A DNA stretch of 64,000 nt from the NCBI GenBank assembly GCA_963792395.1, contig CAWBWE010000014.1, forward strand, positions 229,912 through 293,911, given 5' to 3'. This DNA comes from an uncultured Bacteroidales bacterium (GTDB lineage Bacteria; Bacteroidota; Bacteroidia; Bacteroidales; GCA-2748055). This document shows positions 1 to 11,932 of the stretch, in pieces (position 1 is the first letter of the stretch; every line of letters starts with the position of its first letter). A program made the translations under genes and the position numbers. The notes under the pieces were generated by a model, which did no database searches, was not told the DNA's origin, and saw only the letters and a list, made by a program, of their open reading frames with translations.

Positions 1-167
1 AGCCAGGAATCCAACGAGCTAGCCCTGGGATTTTTATCCATGAATTAAGTCCCTGATATTGATGGGTTTAAAATTCTTTTTGTGACTTGCTTCGTCCATT
101 GAAATCCTGTTGGCGCGAGCCTCGCCATAGTGCAAAGACAAAAGTATTAAAAGATAAGTTATTAACA

Positions 168-205
168 AAGTGGGAAAAAGTGGGGTAAAATGGTACAAAG
201 TGGTG
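168..205 (+). promoter_or_regulatory. Putative MraZ operator: four direct GTGG(G/T)-type boxes spaced exactly 10 bp apart, upstream of mraZ
   Basis: The boxes are GTGGG at 170-174 and 180-184, ATGGT at 190-194, and GTGGT at 200-204. Each is followed by an A-rich 5-nt spacer, and the array ends 40 bp before the mraZ ATG (245). This matches the known MraZ operator design of direct TGGG-type repeats with 5-nt spacers. The ORF-track start at 170 would translate these boxes and is probably not coding. Confidence 0.6.
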
Positions 206-244
206 AAAAAATTATATTTTTACGCTCAAACCCGTGAAAGCCCT

Positions 245-727
245 ATGATTACGTTTATCGGAGACTATACAGTCAGGCTTGATTCCAAAGGGACGGCTCT
301 CCTTTCCTGCTGCTTTAAAAAGCAGAGCAGAGAGCTTCTTCAGGATGGTTTTGTGCTGAAGCGGGATTTGTTTGAGAACTGTCTGATCATGTACCCCATG
401 GAGGAGTGGGAGCGGCAGAATAAAATCATCCGTTCCAGAACCAATCCTTACAACAAAGAGCATGCGAAATTTTCTAAGGATGTTTTTTTCAGGAACGGCT
501 GAGGTGTCGCTGGATGCCAATAACAGGATGCTTGCTTCCCAAGCGACTTGATGGAATATGCCGGGATCGAGGATGAAGTGGTATTGGCAGGACAATCGGG
601 AAAGATTGAAATCTGGGCTTCGGATCAATATGGCAAGGTCAGTGTGGCTGATGATGATTTTGCAGCCATGGCTGAGAAAATATTAGGTGGATCAATAGAC
701 GAACGGATACATAATGGGCTATCATAA
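245..727 (+). pseudogene. mraZ: Transcriptional regulator MraZ, reading frame interrupted (about 3 frame changes near 500-560)
   Basis: The N-terminus MITFIGDYTVRLDSKG... starts at ATG 245. The C-terminal half ...EYAGIEDEVVLAGQSGKIEIWASDQY... is readable only in other frames. The TAA stop at 725-727 overlaps the rsmH start. It is the first gene of the dcw cluster. Confidence 0.85.
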
Positions 728-1619
728 GCCAGTATTGTTGGATGAAAGCATTGACGGACTATACATCAAACCAAAGGGGATCTACGTAGATCTGACCTTT
801 GGAGGAGGGGGGCACTCCCTCGAAGTTCTTAACAAGTTGGGTAAAAATGGCAGGCTTGTAGTATTTGATCAGGATCAGGATGCCGTGGCCAATGTTCCGG
901 ATGACAAGCGACTCATTTTTGTCGGGGCAAACTTCAGATACTTAAAACACTACCTGAGATACCATGCCATTGAAAAAGTAGATGGAATTCTGGCTGATCT
1001 GGGTATCTCCTCTTTTCAAATCGACCAACCCGGGAGGGGTTTTTCATTCAAATCAGATACGGCACTGGATATGCGCATGGATGTGCGAAGCAGGCAGACG
1101 GCATCGCAGCTGTTGAATGAGGCGCCACGGGAAGAGCTGGTCAGAATCTTTCGTTCATACGGAGAACTCGGATCTGCCTTTGCCATCTCAAATGCTGTTG
1201 TGGCGGCCAGGGAGGAGGCCAGAATTGAAACTACGAGGGATCTGGAGAGAGCACTGGGGCGTTTAATCCCCCAAAAACAGCCCAGTAAGTTCCTGGCCAA
1301 GGTGTATCAGGCTCTGCGGATCGAAGTGAACGGGGAGATGGAGGCCCTCAGGGAGATGCTCGTTCAGACAGCAGACTGCCTGAAGCCAGGGGGAAGGCTG
1401 GTGGTTATAAGCTACCACTCCCTCGAGGACCGGATCGTTAAGAATTTTATGCGATCGGGGAATCTGGAGGGTGTGATAGAAAAGGATTTTTATGGAAATA
1501 TACAATCACCCTGGAAACTGGTGAACCGGAGCGTGATTACCCCTTCGGAGGAGGAGATAAAAGAAAATAACAGGGCCCGGAGTGCCAAACTGAGAATTGC
1601 TGAACGAACTGAAACATGA
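714..1619 (+). CDS. rsmH: 16S rRNA (cytosine1402-N4)-methyltransferase RsmH (MraW)
   Basis: Intact 301-aa ORF. It carries HKPVLLDES and DLTFGGGGHS SAM-binding motifs and sits in the canonical position after mraZ. Confidence 0.95.
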   Translation: MGYHKPVLLDESIDGLYIKPKGIYVDLTFGGGGHSLEVLNKLGKNGRLVVFDQDQDAVANVPDDKRLIFVGANFRYLKHYLRYHAIEKVDGILADLGISSFQIDQPGRGFSFKSDTALDMRMDVRSRQTASQLLNEAPREELVRIFRSYGELGSAFAISNAVVAAREEARIETTRDLERALGRLIPQKQPSKFLAKVYQALRIEVNGEMEALREMLVQTADCLKPGGRLVVISYHSLEDRIVKNFMRSGNLEGVIEKDFYGNIQSPWKLVNRSVITPSEEEIKENNRARSAKLRIAERTET

Positions 1620-1990
1620 GCAGGGAGAGGAAGAACATAGAATTTGATCAGTCCATCGAGGAGAAGGAAAAGAGTTTATCCTTCCGGGATCTGGTGGATG
1701 GCAATGTGCTGACCCGTAGGGCGGTGATCAAACAGGCCCGCTTTATCCTGCTGTTGGTTTTGATCGCTTTTTTCTCCATTGCCAACAGGAATCATGCGGA
1801 GAAGACTGTGATTCAGCTGAATCAACTGCAGAGTGATGTGAAAGAATTACGTGCAAAGTCGATCTCCACCTCTTCGGAGCTGGTGAGGATCAGCAGGCAG
1901 TCGGAAGTGAAGCAGCTGGTAAACAGGTATGAATTGGGATTGGAAGAGAATCTGGAGCCGCCGCGGAAACTGATTTATAAGGAAGAGTAA
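1616..1990 (+). CDS. FtsL-like small bitopic cell-division protein
   Basis: 124 aa with a single TM helix (FILLLVLIAFFSIA) followed by a coiled-coil-like segment. Its start overlaps the rsmH stop (ATGA), and it lies between rsmH and ftsI as in other Bacteroidota dcw clusters. Confidence 0.6.
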   Translation: MSRERKNIEFDQSIEEKEKSLSFRDLVDGNVLTRRAVIKQARFILLLVLIAFFSIANRNHAEKTVIQLNQLQSDVKELRAKSISTSSELVRISRQSEVKQLVNRYELGLEENLEPPRKLIYKEE

Positions 1991-1991
1991 T

Positions 1992-4113
1992 ATGTCATTG
2001 AAGCGCGACATACTGATACGGACCTCCCTGGTGTACCTGGGAGTTTTGCTTATGGGCCTGCTTATACTAGGAAAAGCACTTCACCTGCAGTTGTTTGAAA
2101 AGGAAAAGTGGGAGCAGGAGGAGAGCAGCACGGTCCAGCATACAGTGATAGAGCCCAACCGGGGAAATATTCTCTCTTCCGATGGCAGGCTGCTGGCTGT
2201 GGATGTCCCTTATTACGAGATCCGGATGGACTTCCGTTCGGAATCCTTTACCCGCGAAATTTTTGATGCCGGGGTGGACGAGCTGGCAAAATCTCTTTCG
2301 GGACTCTTTGGCGACCGCGCACTGGACCACCTATAAAAGAGCGCTGGTCAGGGAACGGGAAAATGGAAACCGCTTCTACCTGGTTAAACGAAATGTCACC
2401 TACTCCCAGCTGCAGAAGGTGAAGCAGTTCCCAATCTTTAAGCTGGGGAGATACCAGGGAGGGGTCCAGTATGTGCAACAAAACCGCCGGAAGCGGCCCT
2501 ATGATCTGCTGGCAGCACGGACCATTGGATATCCCATGCAAGATTATAAAAGCGTGGTGGGACTTGAGGGGGCTTACGATAAGGAACTGAAAGGGGTGGA
2601 AGGTTACCGCCTGATGCGCAAGGTTCGCGGCGATGTATGGATGCCCATCAACGATGCCAACGAAATCGAACCCGAAGATGGCCAGGACATCATTACCACC
2701 TTAGATGTGGACCTTCAGGATGTAGCAGAAAGTGCCCTCCTGGAGCAGTTGGCCAGGCATGAGGCCGATCATGGCACCGTGGTACTGATGGAGGTAAAAA
2801 CCGGCAAGGTAAAGGCCATCGCCAATCTTTCCAGGGATGAAGAATGGGAATTACGATGAGGATTACAATTACGCCATCGGGAAAGTCCACCGAACCCGGC
2901 TCCACCTTTAAGCTGGCCACCATGATTGCCCTTTTGGAAGATGGCCATGTTCACCCGGAAGATATCGTGGATGTGGGAATGGTGAGTCACTACTATTATG
3001 GTCATAAGGTGGAAGACAGTCAGCGATGAGCGCTTGGGAGAAATCACTGTTCAGCGCGCATTTGAAGTATCCTCCAATGTGGGAATCACCAAACTGGCCT
3101 ATGAAAACTACAAGGATAAGCCGGAGCAGTTTGTAGACCGGCTCTACGAAATGGGTCTGAACCAGAAACTGGGTATCGAGATCAAAGGGAGAGGGATCAG
3201 CCCAATATCAAGTACACCGGACAATGATTCTGGTCGGGGATCTCCCTTCCCTGGATGTCCATGGCTACGAGGTCCTTATGACTCCCCTGCAGATTCTTGC
3301 ACTTTTACAATGCCGTGGCCAATGACGGTAAGATGGTCAAACCCATGTTTGTGAGAGGAGATCCGTTCCCATGGTAAGGTGATAAAAAAGTGTTGGAGAC
3401 CGAGGTGCTGAACAACCACATCTGTTCCAGGGAAACCCTGGAGCACATCAAAGCCATGCTGGAAGGGGTGGTAGAAAACGGAACTGCAGAAAATCTGGCC
3501 AACACACATTACAAGATTGCCGGAAAAACCGGGACAGCGAAAGTGGCCCTTGCCAGTAAGGAGGGATATACCGATTTGTACCAGGCTTCCTTTGTGGGGT
3601 ACTTTCCGGCCGACAATCCCAAGTATTCCTGCATAGTGGTGGTCAATGCACCTTCCAAGGAGATCTATTACGGAAATGTGGTGGCAGGACCCATATTCCG
3701 TGATATTACCGACCGGATCTATGTGAGAGAATATGAATTGCAGGAAGATGCCGCAGTAATGGCTGAAGAAACTTTACAGGCCCCTATTTCAAAAAGTGGC
3801 AGCGGTGAAGCCCTTGCATCCACTTTCAAATACCTGGATCTTCCCCTGAAGCTGAATGGAGAAAAAAGCCACTGGGTGTCCACCAAAAGTACCGAAGAAG
3901 GAGTAAATGCTACTTCCAGGCCCATTCATCCCGGCCTGGTTCCCAATGTGGTGGATATGGGTTTAAAGGATGCCGTCTATTTACTGGAAAGCAAAGGATT
4001 AAAGGTGGAAGCCGATGGAAGAGGAACCGTCCGGCAACAATCGCATTTTGCCAGGAAGCCAGATTAGAAGGGGTAGTGCGGTGAAACTGGACATGAGCTT
4101 AAAAGAAGGATAA
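1992..4113 (+). pseudogene. ftsI: Penicillin-binding protein 3 / FtsI transpeptidase, frame interrupted (at least 5 breaks)
   Basis: The gene is spread over ORF pieces 1992-2336, 2182-2859, 2844-3029, 2998-3354 and 3390-4067. It has an N-terminal TM anchor, an SxxK motif (STFKLATM) and a KTG motif (AGKTGTA). The C-terminal PASTA-like tail ...GRGTVRQQSILPGSQIRRGSAVKLDM is readable after a further shift, ending at TAA 4111-4113. Confidence 0.9.
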
Positions 4114-5588
4114 TTGCAACTGAGTGAGATCATAGCAGGAGTGGAGTTAAGCTCCAGAAGCGGAGAGCAGGATCCCCGTATCGGGAAGATCAGCTTTGAT
4201 TCACGGCAGGTGGAAGAGGGAGATCTTTTTGTGGCCGTTCACGGACTTGAGGCCGACGGTCACCAGTTTATTGGCCGGCTCTCCTTCGGGCGCAGCAGCG
4301 GTGGTCTGTGAGGATCCGGCGCAAAAAATCATTCCTGGAGTTCCTATGTAAGGGTCAGCTCAGCCGGAAGGCCCTGGCACAGATGGCCTCAGCTTAGTAC
4401 GGACACCCTTCCCGCGAATTGACCCTGGTGGGAGTCACGGGAACCAATGGAAAAACCACCATTGCCACCTTGCTGTACCAGATGCATACCCGATGGGATT
4501 CCGGGCCGGATTGATTATCCACCATTCAGGTACTGATTGGGGAAGATTCGCATCCGGCCACGCATACCACTCCCGATCCGCTTCAGATCAATGAGGTATT
4601 GCGGCAAATGGTGGATGACCGGATGTGAATACTGTTTTATGGAGGTCTCTTCCCATGCCATCGACCAGGAACGAATTGAAGGCCTTGGAGTTCAACGGGG
4701 GACTCTTTACCAACCTGACCCGCGACCACCTGGACTATCACAAGGATTTCAGGGAGTACCTGAAGGTGAAAAAACGATTTTTCGATCAGCTGCCTGACGA
4801 TGCTTTTGCCCTGGTGAACGGGGATGATAAGAACGGAAGGGTGATGCTGCAGAATTGCCAGGCGGAGAAACACATCTACAGCCTGCGCTCCATGTGCGAA
4901 TTCAGGGGAAAGATCACGGAGATGCACCTGGAGGGTTCGGCCATGGAGATCAACGGCAAAGAAGTCTGGGTCAAACTGCCTGGAAGGTTCAATGCATCGA
5001 ACCTGCTTTGTGTTTATGGAGCCTCCATCTTACTTGGACATCATGCAGAGGAAGTGATGGAAGCACTAAGTGAACTAAATCCGGTTGCCGGGAGATTCGA
5101 GACTTTTCGATCCGGGAAAGGGACCACGGTAATCGTGGACTATGCACATACCCCGGATGCCCTGAAGAATGTGCTGGATACCATCCATGAGGTAAACGTG
5201 AGTGGTGGAGAAATCATCACCGTGGTGGGCGCGGGGGGGAACAGGGACAAAGGTAAGCGTCCGGCCATGGCAAAGATTGTTTCCGGGGCCAGTCACAAGG
5301 TGATCCTCACTTCCGATAACCCCAGGAATGAAGATCCGGAAGCGATCCTGGATGATATGATGGAAGGGGTGCCCAAGCAGTCTACTGGAACGTACCATGC
5401 GGATTGTGAGCCGGGAAGAAGCCATACGCACCGCCTGTATCATAGCCGGACCGAAAGACATTATTCTGGTGGCCGGAAAGGGCCATGAGAAAACACAGGA
5501 GATCGCCGGCGAGAAACGGCCATTTGACGATATGGACTTTAGTGAAAGAAAATTTAAAGGGATAGAAGATGATATATCACCTTTTTGA
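4114..5588 (+). pseudogene. murE: UDP-N-acetylmuramoyl-L-alanyl-D-glutamate--2,6-diaminopimelate ligase MurE, frame interrupted
   Basis: ORF pieces are 4114-4311, 4537-4797, 4625-5488 and 5397-5588. The P-loop [10 protein letters not shown] is encoded near 4432-4461 in yet another frame. The DNPR motif (LTSDNPRNEDP) is present. The 3' end is uncertain: an alternative frame gives ...VKENLKG* just before the mraY ATG. Confidence 0.9.
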
Positions 5589-6824
5589 CTACTTAGAGAA
5601 ATTTGATATTCCGGGAGCGGGGATGTTCCAGTACCTCTCGTTCCGGGCCTCTTTTACGGTGATTTCTTCCCTGGTGATCTCCATGATCGTGGGTAAAAGG
5701 ATCATAACCATACTTCACCGCAAGCAAATTGGCGAGTCGGTTCGTGACCTGGGCCTGGACGGACAGAAACAAAAGCAGGGAACCCCAACCATGGGAGGGA
5801 TCATTATTCTGGCTTCCATCATCATCCCGGTGCTTCTCTTTGCAGATCTGACCAATATATACATCATCCTGATGCTGGTGGCCACCATCTGGATGGGTCT
5901 GATCGGATTTCTGGATGACTATATCAAAGTATTCAAGAAGAATAAAGAGGGCCTGAGAGGAAAATTCAAGGTGATTGGCCAGGTGGGACTGGGACTGATC
6001 GTGGGAGTCACCCTCTATCTCAGCGATGATGTGATGATACGTGAGCGGATACCAGGTGACTCAGGAGAACTTCGATGAGTACAAGACCGAGGAGATGAAG
6101 GTGGACCAGGCGGGGAACCTGTTTATAGTGACAGAGCATAAAAGGCCGCTGACCACCATTCCCTTTGTTAAGAATAACGAGTTTGACTATTCCTGGCTGG
6201 TATGGTTCAGCGGGAAGTATGCCGACCACCTGGTTTGGATCATATTCGTTCTGGCGGTCATATTTATTGTTACCGCGGTATCCAACGGGGCCAATATTAC
6301 CGATGGACTGGATGGATTGACTACGGGCTCTGCGGCCATCATCGGGATCACCCTGGGAATACTGGCCTGGTTATCCGGCAACTCTATCTATTCAAATTAC
6401 CTGAATATTATGCATATCCCCAATGCGGGTGAGCTGGTGGTATTTGCCGGGGCCTTTATTGGAGCTACCATTGGTTTTTTATGGTACAACTCATATCCGG
6501 CCCAGGTATTTATGGGAGATACCGGGAAGCCTGGCCCTGGGTGGGATCATTGCGGTGTTTGCGGTGGTGATCCGGAAGGAGCTTTTGATTCCCATTCTGT
6601 GCGGGATTTACCTGGTGGAGAGCGTTTCCGTGATTTTGCAGGTGGCTGGTTCAAAAGGACACCGAAGAAAATATGGGGAGGGCAGAAGGATTGTTTCTTA
6701 ATGGCGCCCATTACATCACCACTACCAGAAAAAAGGATATCCGGAACCAAAGATTGTGACCAGGTTCTGGATCGTGGGAATCATGCTGGCAGTGATATCA
6801 GTTGTAACCCTGAAGATGAGATAA
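5569..6824 (+). pseudogene. mraY: Phospho-N-acetylmuramoyl-pentapeptide transferase MraY, frame interrupted (at least 3 breaks)
   Basis: ORF pieces are 5569-6078, 6041-6883 (part) and 6423-6701. Motifs include [13 protein letters not shown] and VFMGDTG. The C-terminus [40 protein letters not shown] is recovered by re-threading and ends at 6824. Confidence 0.9.
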
Positions 6825-6842
6825 TAAAACAAACTATACCCT

Positions 6843-8192
6843 ATGGAAAACAGAGAACGTATTGTAATTCTCGGTGCAGGTGAAAGTGGGACGGGAGCAG
6901 CCATTCTGGCTCGCACCAAAGGATTTGATGTTTTCGTTTCGGATGCCGGAAAAATCAAACCTTTTTACCGGGAGTTACTGGACGAATACCAGGTGATTTA
7001 TGAATCGGGCGGACATACCGAGCGCCTGATCACCAATGCCACTGAGGTGATCAAGAGCCCGGGGATTCCTGAGAGCGCCCCTATTATCAAAATGCTTCGG
7101 AAGAAAGGAGATTCCCCATTATCTCAGAAATTGAATTTGCAGGGCGCTATACCAATGCAAAAAAGATCTGTATTACCGGGAGTAACGGGAAAACCACCAC
7201 CACCTCTCTGATCCACCATATGATGCGAAAGGCAGGATTGAATGTGGGAATGGCTGGTAACGTTGGGCGCAGTTTTGCTTTCCAGGTGGCCACTGAGGCA
7301 TATGATTACTATGTACTGGAACTAAGCAGCTTTCAGCTGGACGGGATGTACGAGTTTAAGGCAGATATTGCGATTCTGCTGAATATCACCCCCGATCATC
7401 TGGACCGTTATGATTTCAATTTTCAGAATTATGTGGACTCTAAATTCAGGGTTACTCAGAATCTGACAGAGGAGGAGTACTTTGTTTTCTGTTCCGATGA
7501 TGAAATTACCATTAAGGAGCTTGGAAAAGATTGTTACCAGGGCCGAACAACTTCCTTTTGCCTATCAGAAAAAGTTGAAGGATGTGGCCTGGGTAGAGAA
7601 CGAAGAAGAACTGCATATCGAGTTTGATGATGTGGATTTCAGTATGTCCGTTCAGGAACTTTCACTGAAGGGAAGACACAACACTTACAACAGTATGGCA
7701 GCCGGCATCGCCGGGAATGTTCTGAAGATCCGGAACGAGGTCATTCGTGAGGCCCTGATGGACTTCCAGGGTGTGGAGCACCGGCTGGAGACTGTTATGA
7801 AGGTTCATGGGATCAACTTTATCAATGATTCCAAGGCTACCAATGTAAATTCAACCTGGTATGCCCTGGAGAGTGTTAAAGGAAAGACGGTTTGGATCGT
7901 TGGGGGAGTGGACAAGGGCAATGATTATAGTGAACTCTATAAGCTGGTGGAGAACAAGGTGAAAGCCATCGTCTGCCTGGGCAAGGACAACGAACGGGTT
8001 TTAAAGGCATTCCGTGGAAAAGTAGAGTCCATTGTGGAGTCCGGAAATATGGAAGAGGCAGTGAAGGCGGCCTATTACCTGGCCCGGGATGGGGAGACTG
8101 TACTTCTTTCACCGGCCTGTGCCAGTTTCGACCTGTTTGAGAGTTTTGAGGACCGGGGACGACAGTTTAAGAGTGCAGTCAGGAGCCTGTGA
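6843..8192 (+). pseudogene. murD: UDP-N-acetylmuramoylalanine--D-glutamate ligase MurD, frame interrupted (at least 2 breaks)
   Basis: ORF pieces are 6843-7211, 7220-7627 and 7482-8192. It has the Rossmann N-terminus [15 protein letters not shown] and the P-loop ITGSNGKTTTT near 7170-7200. Confidence 0.9.
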
Positions 8193-8204
8193 TAAAGGAT
8201 TGGA

Positions 8205-9453
8205 ATGAAAATTAGAAGGTATATAAAAGGGGACCGGATTATCTGGATGGTGGTTATTGATCCTCCTGGTAATATCTCTCTTGTCGGTGTACAGCTCAAC
8301 CGGATCGCTGGCTTATCAGCACCGGTCGGGAAATACCTTCTTTTATCTGTTCCGGCAGCTCAAGTTTATCCTGCTTGGGGTGTTGATTATTTTCTTTGTA
8401 CACCTGATCCCATACCGGGTCTTCAGCAGGTTATCGGTCTTCGCCCTATACCTGGCTCTCCCCCTGCTGTTCATTACGCTGATAATCGGGACCAATCTTA
8501 ATGAGGCCGCCCGCTGGTTGCAGATTCCGGGCACCGGACTCACCATTCAGCCTTCCGATTTTGCGAAGATTGCACTGGTGATGTTTGTGGCCAAGGTCCT
8601 TTCGGTGAACCAGAACAATATTAAAGACTTCAGGAAGGTCTTCGGGAAGATCTCCGTGGCCATCATTGGAACCTGTATTTTGATTCTGCCGGCCAATTTC
8701 TCCACGGCAGCGATTGTTTTTTTGACTGCTTTCAGCCTGATGTTTGTGGGACGGATTCCCGTCAAGTACCTGGCATTAATGATTTTCACCGGGGTATTTG
8801 CCCTGTCCATATTTATCGGAGGATCGCTTCTGCTTGACCGTGACGGACGGATCTCCACCTGGAAGAACCGGATAGAAAATTATATGGATGGTGAGGGAGA
8901 CAACTACCAGGCGGACCAGGCCAAGGTGGCAATTGTGCAGGGGGGACTGTTCGGGAAAGGGCCCGGAAACAGCACGCAGAGAAACCTCCTGCCCCATCCC
9001 TACTCGGATTTTATCTATGCCATCATCATCGAGGAATATGGGACGCTGGTCGGGGGAATCCTGGTACTTGCCCTCTATCTCTGGCTTTTTTTCAGGGCCG
9101 GGATGATTATTCGCCGGAGTAAAAGCACCTATGGAGCCTTCCTGGCTTTTGGCCTCTCCATGGGGCTTGTTCTGCAGGCCTTCGTCAATATGGCGGTGGC
9201 CGTGGGACTGGTGCCGGTTACCGGTCAGACCCTCCCGCTGGTAAGCATGGGTGGCTCTTCCATCTTTTTTACCAGCATGGCTACCGGGATGATCCTGTCA
9301 GTGAGCTGGGGAACCAAGGATGATGCCAGCGAAAAGGCAAGGGTAGAGGCTGAGAAGCTGCAAGAGCAAAGTGATCGGTTGAAAGAAGAAAGTGAAAAAC
9401 TGAAAGAGGAGAGTGAAAATTTGAAGCGCACCGAGTTTGAAGTCCATGAATAA
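8205..9453 (+). pseudogene. ftsW: SEDS-family peptidoglycan glycosyltransferase FtsW, one frame break near 8250
   Basis: MKIRRYIKGDRIIWMVV (from 8205) continues as ILLVISLLSVYSSTGSLAY... in the 8257-9453 frame. The protein is polytopic and SEDS-like. It carries an acidic coiled-coil C-terminal tail (EKLKEESE repeats). Confidence 0.85.
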
Positions 9454-10561
9454 GAAGCATACATATCGTATCCTGATCGGGGGGGGCGGCACCGGCGGAC
9501 ATGTCTTCCCGGCCATCGCTATTGCAGATGCCTTGAAAAAGGAGGATCCTTCCATGGAGTTTCTGTTTGTGGGTGCCCTGGGTAAACTGGAAATGGAGAA
9601 GGTTCCCGAAGCGGGATATCCCATTGAGGGCTTGCCGATCGCAGGATTCCAGCGGAGGCTGACTTTGAAAAACATTTCCTTTTTCTACAAACTGATGCGG
9701 AGCTTGATTCTTTCCCGCAGGATCGTGGGACGCTTCTCTCCGGATCTGGCCATCGGGGTGGGGGGCTATGCCAGCGGACCCATTCTGAAGGCCGCTGCCC
9801 GAAAGCGGATCCCTATTTTGATCCAGGAACAGAACTCTTATGCGGGCGTGACCAACAGGCTGCTTGCCCGTTCGGCCCGAACGATTTGTGTGGCCTATGA
9901 AAATATGGAGCGCTTTTTCCCGCCCGACCGGATTGTGATCACGGGAAATCCGGTGCGGCAAAATCTGTTGAATCTGTCTCCCGATCCGGAAGAGGGCTTC
10001 CGGGAATTTAATATGGAGCCGGGAAAAAAGGTGTGCCTGGTGATGGGCGGAAGTCTGGGTGCCCGTACGCTGAACCAGAGTTTTATGGAGGGGCTGGAGA
10101 AGCTGGACAGGGACGATCTGCTTGTCCTCTGGCAGTGTGGAAAGTATTATCAGCGGGAGGTGGAGGAGAAGGTCCGGTGCAGCGGGAAAAAAAATATCCG
10201 GGTGCTGCCCTTTATTTCCAGAATGGACCTGGCCTACGGGCTGGCTCATGTGATTGTATCGCGCTCGGGAGCCATTACCGTTTCCGAGCTGTGCGTGGTG
10301 GGTAAACCGGTGATACTGGTGCCTTCGCCCAATGTGGCCGAGGACCATCAGACCCACAATGCAGCCGCACTGGTAAGCAGGAACGCGGCCCTGATGGTAA
10401 GGGATGAGGAGGCCAGGGAGCAGCTGGTGGATCGTATGCTTGCACTGATGGTGGACGAGAGGGAGAAAGAGAATTTATCTAAGAATATCAAACAACTTGG
10501 CATTGCTGATGCATCGCGGAGGATCGCAGCCGAGGTAACAAAAATATTGACTGAACAATGA
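9437..10561 (+). CDS. murG: UDP-N-acetylglucosamine--N-acetylmuramyl-(pentapeptide) pyrophosphoryl-undecaprenol GlcNAc transferase MurG
   Basis: Intact 374-aa ORF with the GGGTGGHVFPAIAIA motif. It sits in the dcw position after ftsW. Confidence 0.95.
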   Translation: MKSMNKKHTYRILIGGGGTGGHVFPAIAIADALKKEDPSMEFLFVGALGKLEMEKVPEAGYPIEGLPIAGFQRRLTLKNISFFYKLMRSLILSRRIVGRFSPDLAIGVGGYASGPILKAAARKRIPILIQEQNSYAGVTNRLLARSARTICVAYENMERFFPPDRIVITGNPVRQNLLNLSPDPEEGFREFNMEPGKKVCLVMGGSLGARTLNQSFMEGLEKLDRDDLLVLWQCGKYYQREVEEKVRCSGKKNIRVLPFISRMDLAYGLAHVIVSRSGAITVSELCVVGKPVILVPSPNVAEDHQTHNAAALVSRNAALMVRDEEAREQLVDRMLALMVDEREKENLSKNIKQLGIADASRRIAAEVTKILTEQ

Positions 10562-11932
10562 TCTGGACAAATCTGGATAGCGTCTATTTTATTGGAGCGG
10601 GAGGCATTGGAATGAGTGCCCTGGCCCGCTATTTTGTGAGTCAGGGTAAAGCGGTGGCCGGCTATGACCGGGTCTCGACGAGCCTGACCGATCAGCTGGT
10701 ATCGTGAGGGGATTGAGATCAATTTCGAGGACCGCTCCCAGCTAATTCCCACGGTATTCCGGAATCCGGAACGCACCCTGGTTATTTATACCCCGGCTGT
10801 TCCGGAGAAACACCAGCAGCTGAACTATTTTCGTAAAGGAGGATTCCGGGTGATTAAACGCTCGGTGGCCCTGGGAGAAGTGTTTAATACCGGCAGAGGC
10901 GTAGGGGTCGCCGGTACTCATGGAAAGACTTCCATCTCCACCATGCTGGCTCATATTCTCCACTCATCCACCCTGGGATGCAATGCTTTTCTCGGGGGGA
11001 TCAGTAAAAACAGCTCCAGCAATCTCTATCTCGATCCGGCCTCAAAGGTAATTATCGCCGAGGCAGATGAATTCGACCGCTCTTTCCTGACCCTGTTCCC
11101 GGAGATCGCCGTGGTCTCCTCCATGGATGCGGACCACCTGGATATTTATCATTCGGAAGCGAATATACGCAAGGGATTTGAATCCTTTATCGGTCAGGTC
11201 AGGGAGAAAGGAAAACTGATTCTGAAATACGGGCTGACCCCTGCCATACCCTATCACATAAGCACTTTTACCTATTCGGTCGATCAGAAGGAGGCCGACT
11301 ATCATGTGGAGAACCTGTCCCTTGAGGGATTGGGCTACAGCTTCAGGGTCGTTACTCCCCATTCGGTTCTTCCGGAGATCAAACTAAAGATCCCCGGCTT
11401 GCTGAATGTGGAAAATGCACTGGCAGCCGTGGCCGTGGCACACCAGATGGGCTTGAGCCCGGATAGTATCGCCCGTGCCCTGCTGGAGTATGAGGGGGTG
11501 CAGCGTAGATTCGATGTTCAGGTTCATAACGAGAGAAGGGTCTATATCGACGATTATGCGCACCATCCCACCGAGATAGCTGCCTTCCTCTCTTCTGTAA
11601 AAGCTCTTTTTCCGGATAAAAAAATAACCGGGATCTTTCAGCCTCACCTCTATTCCAGGACCCGTGATTTTGCGGATGGATTTGCCCGCAGCCTGGAGAT
11701 GCTGGATCAATTGATCCTGATGGAGATCTACCCGGCCAGGGAAGAGCCGATTCCCGGAGTTAGTTCCAGCATGCTGCTGGAGCGGGTGCAGCTGGATGAA
11801 AAGGTACTTATTTCCAGGGAGCAGCTGATCAGGGTGGTCAAAGAGAGGGATCCGGAAGTGCTGGTAAGCATGGGAGCGGGAGATATTAACCAGTTTGTAA
11901 AACCACTGAAAGAGTGGTGTATGAGGATATGA
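10558..11932 (+). pseudogene. murC: UDP-N-acetylmuramate--L-alanine ligase MurC, frame interrupted near 10700-10850
   Basis: The ATG at 10558 overlaps the murG TGA. The N-terminus reads MIWTNLDSVYFIGAGGIGMSALARYF... and the gene then continues in the 10850-11932 frame with the P-loop GVAGTHGKTS. Confidence 0.9.

Noticed and set aside
170-244. The N-terminal extension of the mraZ ORF (MGKSGVKWYKVVKKLYFYAQTRESP) in the ORF track.
   Set aside because: It would translate the phased MraZ boxes and starts at a non-ATG codon. Canonical MraZ begins at MITFIGDY... (ATG 245).
9281-10357. A 358-aa ORF on the minus strand.
   Set aside because: It lies entirely antisense to intact murG. Its composition is low-complexity and rich in Arg, His, Pro and Gln, typical of a shadow ORF opposite a real gene, and I see no recognisable motifs.
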